Virus record (IMG/VR): IMGVR_UViG_3300037067_006927
Span: 1-64,000 of that record
Source of the DNA: a virus
Taxonomy: Duplodnaviria; Caudoviricetes
Direction: 5' to 3' (one strand)
Length of the DNA stretch: 64,000 nucleotides
Made by a program: the position numbers and the translations under genes. Numbering within the stretch: position 1 is the first letter of the stretch; every line of letters begins with the position of its first letter. The notes beneath the pieces were generated by a model. That model was given only the letters and a program-made list of their open reading frames with translations. It had not been told where the DNA came from and ran no database searches. Positions 17,101-27,135 of the stretch are shown here, one piece after another.

Positions 17101-18073
17101 TCGAACCGAGCATTGAGCCCGCGCGCCTTTCGACTGCGCAGGTTCCACGTCGTTCCCCTCGTGTCGGTGCACGTCGTCGCAGTCGTTCGCTCGACGGTGC
17201 GCAGGAACTCTCCGCCGTTCCACTCGGTACCGTGGCAGAGCAGAACGTCACTGGGATTCACTGCGATCATGGTTCCACTCCCGTCAACTGGTTGATCCGA
17301 TTCTGCGCGTCGTGCTTCTTCAGCGCAGCGACGGCGACGATCTCAGCGAGCCGAGTTCGCTCCTTCTCCGGAGCGCCAGCGGCCACGGCAGCGAGCCACT
17401 CGTCGAACGCTACTCGGTGCACGGCGCACCAAATGGCGAGGTAACCGGCGGGGGCAAGGTGGATGGTCACGGGGCCACCGCCTGACCCGCGGTGCGCTTC
17501 GCCCGTGCTCTAAATTCAGCCATTCGATCGCGGCACTGGCACGCGCTCCGGCTGATCGAGTCAGCCAGTTCGCGCGCGGTCCTGGCCGTCTCGGAACACG
17601 GAGACGCCGCCGCGATGTCCGCGTAGATCCTGGCCGACTCCGTCTCGATTGCCTCGCAGTCCGAGCACGCTGCTTCTGCTGCCGCCGCGTCCCGTGACGA
17701 GCAGCAGCAGCGGGTGAGCGTCTCGGCCGAGCCAACCCGACGGGCGAGCTTCTCGAGGGCGGTCACGACTGCACCTCGACGGCCAGAGTCGTGCGGTTGT
17801 CCTCCGGGCAGCTGAGGCAGTGACGATTCTCGAGCGCGAGCCCGCCGGTGAACTCCGCCGGCCAGACGAACGCGAACGCTGTGCCGGCCTCGAAATCGGC
17901 GCGGGTCTGGTAGATCGCGCCGCAGCACTTGCAGACCTTGAACGGCTTTGCGGCGGTCACTTGGCCACCTCCGTCCCGGTCGTCTCGATTACCATCGTCT
18001 TCGGTGCGGCCGGCAGCCAGATCTGCACCTCGGTCCCGTCGCCCAGCCTAACTAGCGTCACCCATTTCGACAT
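14167..18073 (-). other. Array of small hypothetical early genes (e.g. 14167-14433, 14430-14990, 15176-15535, 15535-15798, 15795-16067, 16923-17270, 17267-17470, 17763-17960, 17957-18073)
   Basis: Chain of short minus-strand ORFs joined by 1-4 nt overlaps, starting at the leftward promoter. No functions recognised. Confidence 0.6.
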
Positions 18074-18094
18074 CGCTCGTGTCTCCCACCGCTG

Positions 18095-18123
18095 ATAATG
18101 GATCGGGTCGCGGCGGCCGTCAA
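18095..18123 (-). promoter_or_regulatory. Leftward early promoter (TTGACG-N17-CATTAT)
   Basis: Minus strand aaaaagttcc TTGACG gccgccgcgacccgatc CATTAT, followed by a GGGAG RBS and ATG at 18073. Confidence 0.65.
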
Positions 18124-18135
18124 GGAACTTTTTGC

Positions 18136-18164
18136 TTGCGCGGCTTGGCAGGACGGATTAGGTT
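18136..18164 (+). promoter_or_regulatory. Rightward promoter (TTGCGC-N17-TAGGTT)
   Basis: Back-to-back with the leftward promoter. The -10 lies 7 nt before the cro-like ATG, implying a leaderless mRNA. Confidence 0.55.
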
Positions 18165-18171
18165 GCGTTGC

Positions 18172-18384
18172 ATGGGAAAACGAAGAGTGCCTACGGGCCC
18201 CGCGTTGCTGGCTGCCGAACTCGAGCGGAGGGGCGTGAGCCGTGGCGACCTAGCGCAGGAGCTCGACGTCTCCCGCGGCGTCGTCTCGGTTTGGATCCGC
18301 GGAGAGGGGTGTCCCGGGCTTGCCAACGCGGCGGCGATCCGCGACTGGTCCGAGGGCAGGATCGCTCTGGAGGCATGGCTTTGA
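18172..18384 (+). CDS. Cro-like XRE helix-turn-helix regulator (70 aa)
   Basis: VSRGDLAQELDVSRGVVSVWIRGEGCPGL..AAAI is an HTH_3 pattern. First gene of the rightward arm. Confidence 0.85.
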   Translation: MGKRRVPTGPALLAAELERRGVSRGDLAQELDVSRGVVSVWIRGEGCPGLANAAAIRDWSEGRIALEAWL

Positions 18385-20079
18385 CTCCATCCACCCTCCT
18401 CCTATCGCGCGCCGAGAACCGCGACTTCCTGGTGCGCCAGGCATCGGTTGTGATCGATCGTCTCAAACGCGAGACCGGGTACGAGACTTCGCCCGCGCTT
18501 CGGGTGTCGCTCCAGTTCCGAATCCGCATCCGTGAGCTCGACCGCGAGAACGATCGGAAGGCGGCCGAGCTCTATCGCGAGGCGGCGGAAGTGATCGAGG
18601 GGCTACCGTGATCCGCTGCTGGTGGTGCGACGGTCGCGGATGCGAGTGGTGCCAGTGGCGAGGGTATCTGGCCCGCGTCTGGGGGAGCCGATGATTCCCG
18701 CCCAACTCCACCTGATCGCCGCTCACTTGGCCGAGGTCGAGGCGGACCCGCACGATCTCCCCGAGCACTACTACGGCGGCGAGTTCACGGAGGCGCACTA
18801 CCCGCGCCCGACGCTGGCCACGATCATGGCCTGCGGTGAGATGCGCCGGGCAGCGCTGGTGAATGCGCGTCGAGCGGGTGCCACCAGTGCGGACCATCGG
18901 CGGGTGCGGAGTTGGTTCTCGGGAGGAACTCGGGCGGAGCGGAGAGCGAGAGAGAAGGCGGCATGAATCAACTCACCATCACCAACCGCGACATCAGCGA
19001 TTCCGATCCAACCCGTTGCGGCGATTGCCAGCACTCGGACCGGCGCATGGCCTGGTGCAATCTGTACTCGGAGTCGTGCATCGGCACGCCCGAGGATGCC
19101 GGCCCCGAGCTGGTCCGCTGCCCGTCGTGCGTCGCGGCGCCCGTGCTCGATGGCGTGACTCTGGATGAGCTGAGGAAGGTGGTGGGCAAGCCATGAGCGC
19201 CAGGTCAGCAGGTGAGTCGCGGGCTCGTGCGATCGGAATCAGGTTAGTCACGCCCAGCAACGTGCGACTTCCGCTTCGCCTCGCAATTCTGGTCGGCTGC
19301 ACAGTATCCGACCGCCTCGGAATCACGGACCCGTGGCACGTCTGCGGGCTCGTCGCTGCCGCCGAGGGGCTGTCCGTGATGGCAGTCCGGCGCGAGCTGG
19401 CCCACTGCTGGGGCGCCGAACTGATCGTCAACGGGCGCGTCGAGATCACTGCCGCGGGGTGGCGCGAGATGGGGACGAATGAGCAGGGTGTGATTGCGGC
19501 GTGAGGAGGAGAGCGAATGCCTAAGCAACCGACAACCCGCCGCATCATCATCACCATCCCGATCGTCACCGGCGCCGGCTACCCGAATCCGAAGCTATGC
19601 GGAGACAATTGCGTCGGACTCGGCGCGCTGGGACCGTACTGCAAGGCGTTCCCACTGCGCAACGGCGAGTCCAGAGATCTCAAGGTCACCGACCCCGACG
19701 GCTACCCGACGCGGTGCCGGCAGTGTCGCGAGGCGGAGGTCGAGTGATGGCCGCCAGACGCTTCATCGTCTCGCGCCAGGCGGGCGACAACAAGGTCGTA
19801 CAACTCGACTCATACAGGTCATCCAGCCGCACCACTGGCGACGCCGTGGCCTCCGTGGCCGCCGACGAGCAGGCCACTGGCGCACAACTCGTCACGACAT
19901 GGACCGATGCTGTGATCAAGTACACGGACCCGACGATGGCTCACCTGAGCGAACTGGCGGCGGCCGTGGACGACGTGCTCGAGGCGGATTCGTTCGAGTC
20001 GCAGCGGGCGGCGCTACTCCAGATCGCCAACGGGGCGCGCGCGGAGATGGCGGAGAGGTTGAGGAGGGGGAGACGGTGA
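18381..20079 (+). other. Small hypothetical genes after cro (18381-18611, 18690-18966, 18963-19196, 19193-19504, 19517-19747, 19747-20079)
   Basis: Overlapping start/stop chain. Several are Cys-rich. Confidence 0.55.
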
Positions 20080-20711
20080 TCGCAGCCCTCTACGTCGAGG
20101 GTCCGCCGCGGGGCGTGTACTGCGGGCTGCATGGTGTGGACCCGTGGTACCTGCCCGACCGTGACGCGCGCGAGTACGCGGGGCCGTGGCCGGTGGTCGC
20201 GCACCCGCCGTGTCAGCGGTGGGGGCGTTACTGGTACGGCGGTCCGTCTGCGAAGGTGCGCCTAGTCCGCGGTGACGACGGCGGTTGCTTCGCGGCGGCG
20301 CTTGCGTCCGTGCGTCGGTGGGGTGGCGTGCTCGAGCATCCGGCGGATTCGTCGGCTTGGGCGGCGCACGGACTGATCGGGCCACGGCGTGGAGCCGGGT
20401 GGGTGACCGCCGGTGACTTCCTCGGGTGGACCTGCTGCGTCGAGCAAGGCCACTACGGGCACCGGGCGCGCAAGGCGACCTGGCTCTACGCGGTTAGGTG
20501 CGATTTGCCGGAACTCGATTGGGGTCCGTCCACTGCGTCGGTACGACTCGACGCCGGGTGCCCCAGCAAGGAAGAACGGAGACGCATCCAGAGACTGGGT
20601 GATTTGCGCAGTCCGAGACTGCACCGAAGAGAATGTGCAGCCACCCCGCCCGCCTTCCGCGACGTCCTGATCGCGATGGCGCGGTCATCGGTAAAGGAAG
20701 CGGCTCCATGA
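20076..20711 (+). CDS. C5-cytosine methyltransferase-like protein, catalytic-motif fragment (211 aa)
   Basis: VVAHPPCQRW (motif IV PC), GVLEHP (ENV-like) and GHRARKATWLY. No clear FxGxG SAM-binding motif, so activity is uncertain. Confidence 0.55.
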   Translation: MIAALYVEGPPRGVYCGLHGVDPWYLPDRDAREYAGPWPVVAHPPCQRWGRYWYGGPSAKVRLVRGDDGGCFAAALASVRRWGGVLEHPADSSAWAAHGLIGPRRGAGWVTAGDFLGWTCCVEQGHYGHRARKATWLYAVRCDLPELDWGPSTASVRLDAGCPSKEERRRIQRLGDLRSPRLHRRECAATPPAFRDVLIAMARSSVKEAAP

Positions 20712-21754
20712 TCGCCCCCATCGCCCGCACCGAAACCCGCGTTCCCGGTGGCGTAGTGATCACCGTGCAGACGATCGGCGGGCGCCGCTTCCGCGCGCTG
20801 AACGACATCGGCGTGATGCTGCGCGATGGCCTGTCGGTGATCGATTTCGCCTCGTTCGCCGATGCCGAGGCGGCGCTCCGGAGCTTCTCGTCGGGCGACG
20901 ACCTGCCACCGCCGAAGGTCGAGCGCTGCCGCCACTGCCGAGCGAGCCACCCGAGCGACTCCTGCCCGGTGCACGCGGATGCGGAGCGAGTGCGGGAGAG
21001 GCGACGATCGCAGAGAGACGGAGGAGCACCAACGACCATGACCACCACCCCAACCCTATCCGACTACCTCTCAGCCATCGCCAGAATCGACGGTGGTACC
21101 GGTCGCGGCGCCAACGTGCACGACGTCAAGCGCGCGGTCTGGGGCTCGAGTACCGGAATGACCGATACCCGGCTGGCCATCGACGAGCTCGTGGAGAGCG
21201 GCAGCGTCGAGAGGGTCGCTGGGAAGGTGGTGAGGTTCAGGCCGACGGCGCTGGGCGTGAGGGTCGACTCGATGGCGGCACCGAAACCGCTTCGCGCGTT
21301 CGCCACGGTGTTCGACCTGCCCGACGTCCACGCGCCTAATGGCTCACGGGTGCTCGTGGCAGAGAAGCCACCGTCACCGCCCGAGGTGCTCGAGCCGGAG
21401 GACCCGGCGGAGTGCGCCTCGGTCGATGAGGCGATTCAGGCGGAGCGCGGAGACGATAGGTGTCCGAACTGCGAGCAGGCTCCGCGGGAGTGCCGGTGCG
21501 AAGGGGAGCCCGAGTTCACCGAGGCCGAGATTCGTGAGCACCTGCCGGACGGAGGGGCCGAGCACGACGACGGACCGCTCTACGACCCCGCTGCCGAGTC
21601 CACATCCTGGGTCCGCGCCGTCGCCGTCATCAAGCGCGAGCGCCACCTGCACGAGACGCTCGAGCACCGGATCGCGGAACTGCGGCAGGCAGAGACGGAC
21701 TTCCGCGCGATGGCGGACGAGGCGCGGTGTCTGCGAGAGGAACTCGGCGGGTGA
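20708..21754 (+). CDS. Hypothetical protein with probable winged-helix segment (348 aa)
   Basis: ANVHDVKRAVWG...RLAIDELVESGSVERV.GKVVRF winged-helix-like core and acidic C-terminal half. Confidence 0.55.
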   Translation: MIAPIARTETRVPGGVVITVQTIGGRRFRALNDIGVMLRDGLSVIDFASFADAEAALRSFSSGDDLPPPKVERCRHCRASHPSDSCPVHADAERVRERRRSQRDGGAPTTMTTTPTLSDYLSAIARIDGGTGRGANVHDVKRAVWGSSTGMTDTRLAIDELVESGSVERVAGKVVRFRPTALGVRVDSMAAPKPLRAFATVFDLPDVHAPNGSRVLVAEKPPSPPEVLEPEDPAECASVDEAIQAERGDDRCPNCEQAPRECRCEGEPEFTEAEIREHLPDGGAEHDDGPLYDPAAESTSWVRAVAVIKRERHLHETLEHRIAELRQAETDFRAMADEARCLREELGG

Positions 21755-22218
21755 CCGTCTCTCCATCACGCAAGCGCGAACTCCAGCGCGTCCGCAATCA
21801 GCGTCGCAAGCGTGCGCCAGTCCCGCGCCCGAAGACCGCTATGGCACGGATGACGGTTTCCGATCTCGTCCAGCTCCGCCTGGCCAACGACGCCGAGGAA
21901 GCCAGACACCCGCCGCCACCGCGGCCGAAGACGAGAGCCGATTGCATCGATGGTCCGCGCCCGTGTCCATGGGCCTGCCGCTATTCCCTACTCCACGAAA
22001 TCACCACTGCCGGTGGCGTGAAGACCGTGCACCCGAAGGATGCCGACGGCCACGAGCACTCATGCGTGCTCGACTACGCGGACGATCACGTTGACGGCGC
22101 GACGTGTGAGGAGATCGCGATCGAACTGAACGTGACCAGAGAGTGCGTGAGGCAGATCGAAGAGAATGCCATCCGCAAGCTGAAGCGTTACGGCGCTGCG
22201 TTGCGGGAGTGCTTATGA
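21751..22218 (+). CDS. Sigma70 region-4 HTH protein with Cys-rich N-terminal module (155 aa)
   Basis: GATCEEIAIELNVTRECVRQIEENAIRKLK (region 4) preceded by RPKTRADCIDGPRPCPWAC...SCVLD. Confidence 0.75.
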   Translation: MTVSPSRKRELQRVRNQRRKRAPVPRPKTAMARMTVSDLVQLRLANDAEEARHPPPPRPKTRADCIDGPRPCPWACRYSLLHEITTAGGVKTVHPKDADGHEHSCVLDYADDHVDGATCEEIAIELNVTRECVRQIEENAIRKLKRYGAALRECL

Positions 22219-23201
22219 GGAGTGGTGATATGGAACCATTCTGGAAGAGTCCCGATGGCGGCGCCGAACTCTGGCTTGCCGACTCGCTCGACGCCGAGCA
22301 GGTCGCGGCCGTCATGGGTGATCGGAAGGCGCAGGCGCTGATCGTCGACGCGCCATTCAGCGAGCGGACGCATACTGGGCACGAGGGCGGGCGCATGACT
22401 CCGGAGCAACTCGCCAGGTGGGCTACCCGCGACACGTCGGCGCCGCGAACTCGAGAGCGAGCCTACGCGCGCCGAGCCGGGAAGCGCGGAAGCCGGCGTA
22501 ACGGGATCGAGTACCCACCGTGGAAGGCAACCGACGTCGAAACGTTCGTGGACCTGTGGTCGCCGCTGACCGCCGGCTGGATCGTGTCGATCACTGACCA
22601 CGTGCTCTTCCCGCACTGGTCCGGATCGATGGACGCGAATGAGCGGGTGACGTTCCAGCCGCTGCCGTTCGTGGAGACTGGCTCGCGCGTCCGTATGACC
22701 GGAGATGGGCCGAGTTCGTGGACGTGCTGGATCGCAGTCGGTCGCCCGAAGGGGATGCCGTGGTCGAAATGGGGCGCGCTCCGGGGAGCCTACGTGCTGC
22801 CTGGCGAGCGGGCATTCAACGGCGTCGGTGGCTCAGAAAGAATCGTGGGTGGGAAGCCCGTTTCCGGAATGGTGATGCTCGTCCGCGACTACTCGAACCA
22901 TGGCGATCTCGTGGTCGACCCATGCTGCGGATCAGGAACCACCGGAGTCGCGGCGCGGAATCTGGGGCGGCGCTTCATCGGGATCGACTCCTGCCGCGAG
23001 CACCTCGAGATCAGTCAACGGAGGCTCGAGAATGCCAGAGAGCAGATCGTGATTCCGATCGACGAGCGGCGGATGACGCAAGGAGCTCTCTTCGCGGACG
23101 CCGCGCCAGAACCGGTGGCTCCCGCCGTCGAGGATGAGCAAGAGGACACGAGCGAAGACGAATACCCAGACGTCTCGCTGGCACGGGAATGTGGACTGTA
23201 G
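22215..23201 (+). CDS. N6-adenine/N4-cytosine DNA methyltransferase (328 aa)
   Basis: Catalytic-like IVDAPF and SAM-binding VVDPCCGSGTTG motifs in beta order. QGALF near the C-terminus. Confidence 0.82.
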   Translation: MRSGDMEPFWKSPDGGAELWLADSLDAEQVAAVMGDRKAQALIVDAPFSERTHTGHEGGRMTPEQLARWATRDTSAPRTRERAYARRAGKRGSRRNGIEYPPWKATDVETFVDLWSPLTAGWIVSITDHVLFPHWSGSMDANERVTFQPLPFVETGSRVRMTGDGPSSWTCWIAVGRPKGMPWSKWGALRGAYVLPGERAFNGVGGSERIVGGKPVSGMVMLVRDYSNHGDLVVDPCCGSGTTGVAARNLGRRFIGIDSCREHLEISQRRLENAREQIVIPIDERRMTQGALFADAAPEPVAPAVEDEQEDTSEDEYPDVSLARECGL

Positions 23202-23211
23202 AGGAGAAACC

Positions 23212-23925
23212 ATGGACACGAATCGAATCGAATCAGCGTTGAACAGAATCAAGGATGCCGAGGACGTGATCGCGAACTGCAAGCGCGAGATCGTCGAGGC
23301 GGCTGGTGGAGAGGCACCGTTGCCGATCAGGCCGACCGGCAAGGATCTGGATCCGAGAAAGGCACGCGCGCGTGGCAAGCGGCCGGAGAATGCGAAGCCG
23401 TCGACAGCAATCGACGTCCCCCGCGTGGCCCTCGTGCACAAGCGCCTCTCGCTCGCCACTCGCCCGATGTCGGCGGAGCAGTTGTCGTCGCGCACCGGCC
23501 TCGACACGAAGGTCTGCGCGGCGGCCGCCAAGCAACTCGGGTGCATCGTCACCGGCGCCGGCCGAGGTACCAAGTACGCGCTGCCGGGTGGCGCTCCGAA
23601 GGCCAGTGCGAATCCCGTCACCGGGCGGACGCGGAAGCTGCGAGACGCCGGTCCGCCGACTGCCGAGAAGAAGGAGCGCAAGCCGCGCGCTCCCCGCAAC
23701 CCGATCGACCCCATCGCCGTCGAGAAGGTCGAGACTCACCTCGTCGCGCATCCCGAGGGATCGAACTCCGAGGCCATCTGCGCCGCCACTGGCCTGCACC
23801 TGCCGATCGTCAAGGCGGTGCTGAAGTCGCTGGGCGAGCGGATCAGCACGAGCGGTGCGGCGAGAGGGACGAAATACACGATCGGTGAGGCGAAGAACGC
23901 GGACACAGAGGAAGCGGCCGAGTGA
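23212..23925 (+). CDS. Basic nucleoid-associated-type DNA-binding protein with two wHTH-like repeats (237 aa)
   Basis: N-terminal coiled coil, K/R/A/P-rich linkers, and two repeats ending GAGRGTKY and GAARGTKY. Confidence 0.6.
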   Translation: MDTNRIESALNRIKDAEDVIANCKREIVEAAGGEAPLPIRPTGKDLDPRKARARGKRPENAKPSTAIDVPRVALVHKRLSLATRPMSAEQLSSRTGLDTKVCAAAAKQLGCIVTGAGRGTKYALPGGAPKASANPVTGRTRKLRDAGPPTAEKKERKPRAPRNPIDPIAVEKVETHLVAHPEGSNSEAICAATGLHLPIVKAVLKSLGERISTSGAARGTKYTIGEAKNADTEEAAE

Positions 23926-24530
23926 CCCCCCTCACCCGTACCCAGGTCGCCGAGTTCCTCGCCTTCGCTGACGCGACGCTCGCTGCGCCGCCGGCCAAGC
24001 CATGGATCGAGCGGTGGCCTGGGCGCGGGCGGCTCGTCTTGCGCTTTGCTCTGCCCCTCGAGATGGCACCGACGGCCAACGTGGGCGTGCGCCACCGGGC
24101 GGTCTGGGCGCTCGCCAAGGACCGCTCATCGTGCCTGGCGACGATGGCGGGGCAGATGGCCAGTCAGTGGACGCGGGGCATGGCGCCGATGGGGTGGTGC
24201 GCCAACGGCAGAGGCATGATCCCGACCTGGCCGGCTCCGCTGACGGGTCGACCCATGGTGCGCGCGATCCGGTTCTCGTCGGTGGCGCCGGACGGTACGG
24301 CGGGCTTCAGCAAGCTCCCGGTCGATTGCCTCCGGGTGCCACGACCGGTGCGAAAACGGCGCGCCGGTGAGTTGGTGTTCGGCGCACCGAAGATGGTTCC
24401 CGGACTCGGGGTGTTGCTCGACGACAGGCCGGCGCTGTTGGAACTGCGAGAATCCTGGGAGCCGGCGCCACGGGGCGAGGGATTCGCGATGATCGAGGTT
24501 TTCACGGGAACGGAGGAGTGCAGTGTCTGA
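23922..24530 (+). CDS. RusA-like Holliday junction resolvase (202 aa)
   Basis: LRFALP..PTAN, PD...SKLPVDCL and GVLLDD pattern of the RusA-like fold. Confidence 0.6.
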   Translation: MTPLTRTQVAEFLAFADATLAAPPAKPWIERWPGRGRLVLRFALPLEMAPTANVGVRHRAVWALAKDRSSCLATMAGQMASQWTRGMAPMGWCANGRGMIPTWPAPLTGRPMVRAIRFSSVAPDGTAGFSKLPVDCLRVPRPVRKRRAGELVFGAPKMVPGLGVLLDDRPALLELRESWEPAPRGEGFAMIEVFTGTEECSV

Positions 24531-24730
24531 TCGCAAAACCAGAATCCACGTTACGATACCCGCGCGGAAGGGCTCGAAGACGTGCCCGAGCCGGTGCCAG
24601 TTCCGGTCGAGAATCATGATCTATCCACCGGGATGCGCGGCGTTCTCGTGGCACGGCGAGGACACGCAGCTCGAAGAGAAGGGCAGCGGATGGGCGCGGT
24701 GCAAGGCGTGCCTGAAGGCGGAGGAGTGCA

Positions 24731-25894
24731 ATGGGTGAGACAACCGGAATCAGTTGGTGCGACCATACTTTCAATCCCTGGATTGGCTGCGCGAAGGTCG
24801 CCCCCGAGTGCGCGCACTGCTACGCACAGACCTATGGAAACCGCTTCGGCGTCGAGTGGGGTGCCAACGAGGGGCGGCGGCGCACGTCGGCCAGCAACTG
24901 GCGCGATCCGCTCAAGTGGGACAAGGCAGCGAAGCGCGACGGTGTACGCCGCCGCGTCTTCTGCGCCTCGCTCGCTGACGTCTTCGATGACCACGCGGAC
25001 CTCGGCGGGTGGCGTGAGGAGCTCTTCCAACTGATCGAGCGGTGCTCCAATCTCGACTGGCTCCTGCTCACCAAGCGGCCGGAGAACATGCGGCGGATGG
25101 CTCCAGAATCCTGGCGCGAGCGCTGGCCGTCGCACGTGTGGGCGGGAACATCTGCGGGGACGCAGCGGACCGCCGACCGCGCGATCCCTCTCCTGCTACA
25201 GGTGCCGGCGGCGGTGCGGTTCGTATCGTGCGAACCGCTGCTGGGGCCGATCGACTTCCGCGGGTGGGGAAACGACGCCCCTCGTGTCGACCCATCAGCG
25301 CCATATAAATGGGCAAACTACCAATGGGAAGAGTGGATACCACAGGAATTACGAACGCTAGTTGAGGACTTCTGGCAAGAGTCCTGGGGAAGAGGACCAG
25401 CCGCTTGGCTGCGTGATCACGCGGTGCAGATGGTACCCCGTACCGGGGCGCGCGTGACGCTGAATAGCGATCGAGACGGCGGGTGGCTGACAACTGACAA
25501 GATGGCGAGTTCCGGAACCACTGGCCGTTACGTCCACATGTGGAACAACATCGGGAGGGTGGTAGCTGATGACGGAACCGTGCACTGCACGGCCGGAGGA
25601 CACGGTAGCGGGTGGTTCTCACATTGGTTGCAGAGCGACGGAAGCTACAGATCCGAGATCGACTGGGTCATCGTCGGCGGCGAATCAGGCCACAACGCGC
25701 GCCCGTGCAACGTCGAGTGGATCCGGTCGATCGTGCGGCAGTGCAAGGCGGCGGGAGTCCCTGCGTTCGTCAAGCAACTCGGCGCGAAGCACGTCACCGA
25801 GCAGGGCTTTTGCCTGTCCGATCGCGGTGCCGGCGCCGACCCCGCCGAGTGGCCCGAGGATCTCCGGATCCGGGAGTACCCCAATGTTCTTTGA
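24731..25894 (+). CDS. DUF5131 (phage Gp37/Gp68) radical-SAM-like protein with internal ~130-aa insertion (387 aa)
   Basis: TGISWCDHTFNPWIGC..VAPECAHCYA, VFCASLADVF, LLLTKRPEN, FVSCEPLLG, IDWVIVGGESG and FVKQLG motifs. Confidence 0.9.
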   Translation: MGETTGISWCDHTFNPWIGCAKVAPECAHCYAQTYGNRFGVEWGANEGRRRTSASNWRDPLKWDKAAKRDGVRRRVFCASLADVFDDHADLGGWREELFQLIERCSNLDWLLLTKRPENMRRMAPESWRERWPSHVWAGTSAGTQRTADRAIPLLLQVPAAVRFVSCEPLLGPIDFRGWGNDAPRVDPSAPYKWANYQWEEWIPQELRTLVEDFWQESWGRGPAAWLRDHAVQMVPRTGARVTLNSDRDGGWLTTDKMASSGTTGRYVHMWNNIGRVVADDGTVHCTAGGHGSGWFSHWLQSDGSYRSEIDWVIVGGESGHNARPCNVEWIRSIVRQCKAAGVPAFVKQLGAKHVTEQGFCLSDRGAGADPAEWPEDLRIREYPNVL

Positions 25895-26649
25895 CCCTCC
25901 TGCCGAGCCGTTCGCCGGCACGTTCAGCAACAACACGCCACCAGAGAAGATCACGCTGGAGAGCGTGAAGGCTGCGATCGATGCGATGCGCACCAAACCT
26001 GCCCCGTCGATGATCGCACCCAATCGGCGTCTAAGCCGACACCAGACATGGGAGTACGACGGCGTCCTCCATGTATCTCCGGAAGCGTTCGACGCGCTCG
26101 AAACTTGCCTACGTTTCGACCGGTGGATGGATCGCGCTGAGGAGGAACTCCATGTCTGACGCCATCTGGCCCACCGTCTACCTCGTGATCGACGGCGCTG
26201 GTGTTCCGGTGTGCTCCGTGGCTGACGACGGAGGAACCACCGCGCTGGCGTTCCTGCACGAGTCCGAGGCCGAGGACTGCTGCCGGGGCGAGAACACGCG
26301 CGCCGTCGACGCAGGCCGCGAGCCGCTGTGCCGGGTGGCGCTGTTCAGGGAGGTGACCGATGGCTGACTGCTACACCTGCGACCGCTACGCCGAGGAGAT
26401 AGGCACCAACACCGCCGACGAGGCGATCGAGGAGTGCCTAGAGAGTATGGACCCGCCGTTCCCGCGCACGCTGACGGCGATGGCATACGACGCCGACCGT
26501 GAGTCTGGAGATCCGGAGGACGGGCACCCGCTCTACAGATCCAGGGACGACGACGTGACTGTGAACGTCGCCGCGTGGATTCGCGAACACCGTCCGTCGT
26601 GGCTGACTTGTCCGCACATGCTGAACGAAGTGCGGAGATTGGAGGAGTG

Positions 26650-27135
26650 ATGCTGAGCATGGTCTATCAACAGCAGCGTTTCTTCGACGACGTGACCGCG
26701 AAGCGACAGGGTCGCCCGACTCCGGCGGTAGAGTGCGGCGCAACCACCTGCCAGCGGTCCGGCGCCTGCTGCCACCAATCGCCGCCGCAACTCACCCCGG
26801 ACGACGTTCGACGACTAGCGGCACACTTCAACCTGACACCGCCGGATTTCGTTGCCAGTTACTGCGTCCTCGCCGAGCCAGACTACGCGCCCGAGAACGA
26901 CGGAGCCATGTTGGCGCGCTACACGCAGAAGACCGGCGTGATCCTGCTGGATGAAGGCTCGTGGATCGCTGAGCCGTGCATCTTGTTCGACCGCGATGCG
27001 TGGGGTTGCTCGGTGCACGACGTCAAGCCGATGGGGTGCGCCCGGTGGGGATGCTGGACGCGGACCGGTGCGGTCAAGATCCCGAAGTGGACGGCGGAGG
27101 AGCGGCGGGAACTGCTGGGAGGGATGGCGTGGTGA
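26650..27135 (+). CDS. YkgJ-family cysteine-cluster (Fe-S/Zn) protein (161 aa)
   Basis: C...C..SGACC, PCILFD...CSVHDVKPMGCARWGC. Confidence 0.75.
   Translation: MLSMVYQQQRFFDDVTAKRQGRPTPAVECGATTCQRSGACCHQSPPQLTPDDVRRLAAHFNLTPPDFVASYCVLAEPDYAPENDGAMLARYTQKTGVILLDEGSWIAEPCILFDRDAWGCSVHDVKPMGCARWGCWTRTGAVKIPKWTAEERRELLGGMAW

Noticed and set aside
25260-25660. Intein in DUF5131 (also checked by eye in the DnaB-like and TerL genes)
   Set aside because: No Cys/Ser start, His-Asn end or LAGLIDADG blocks are visible.
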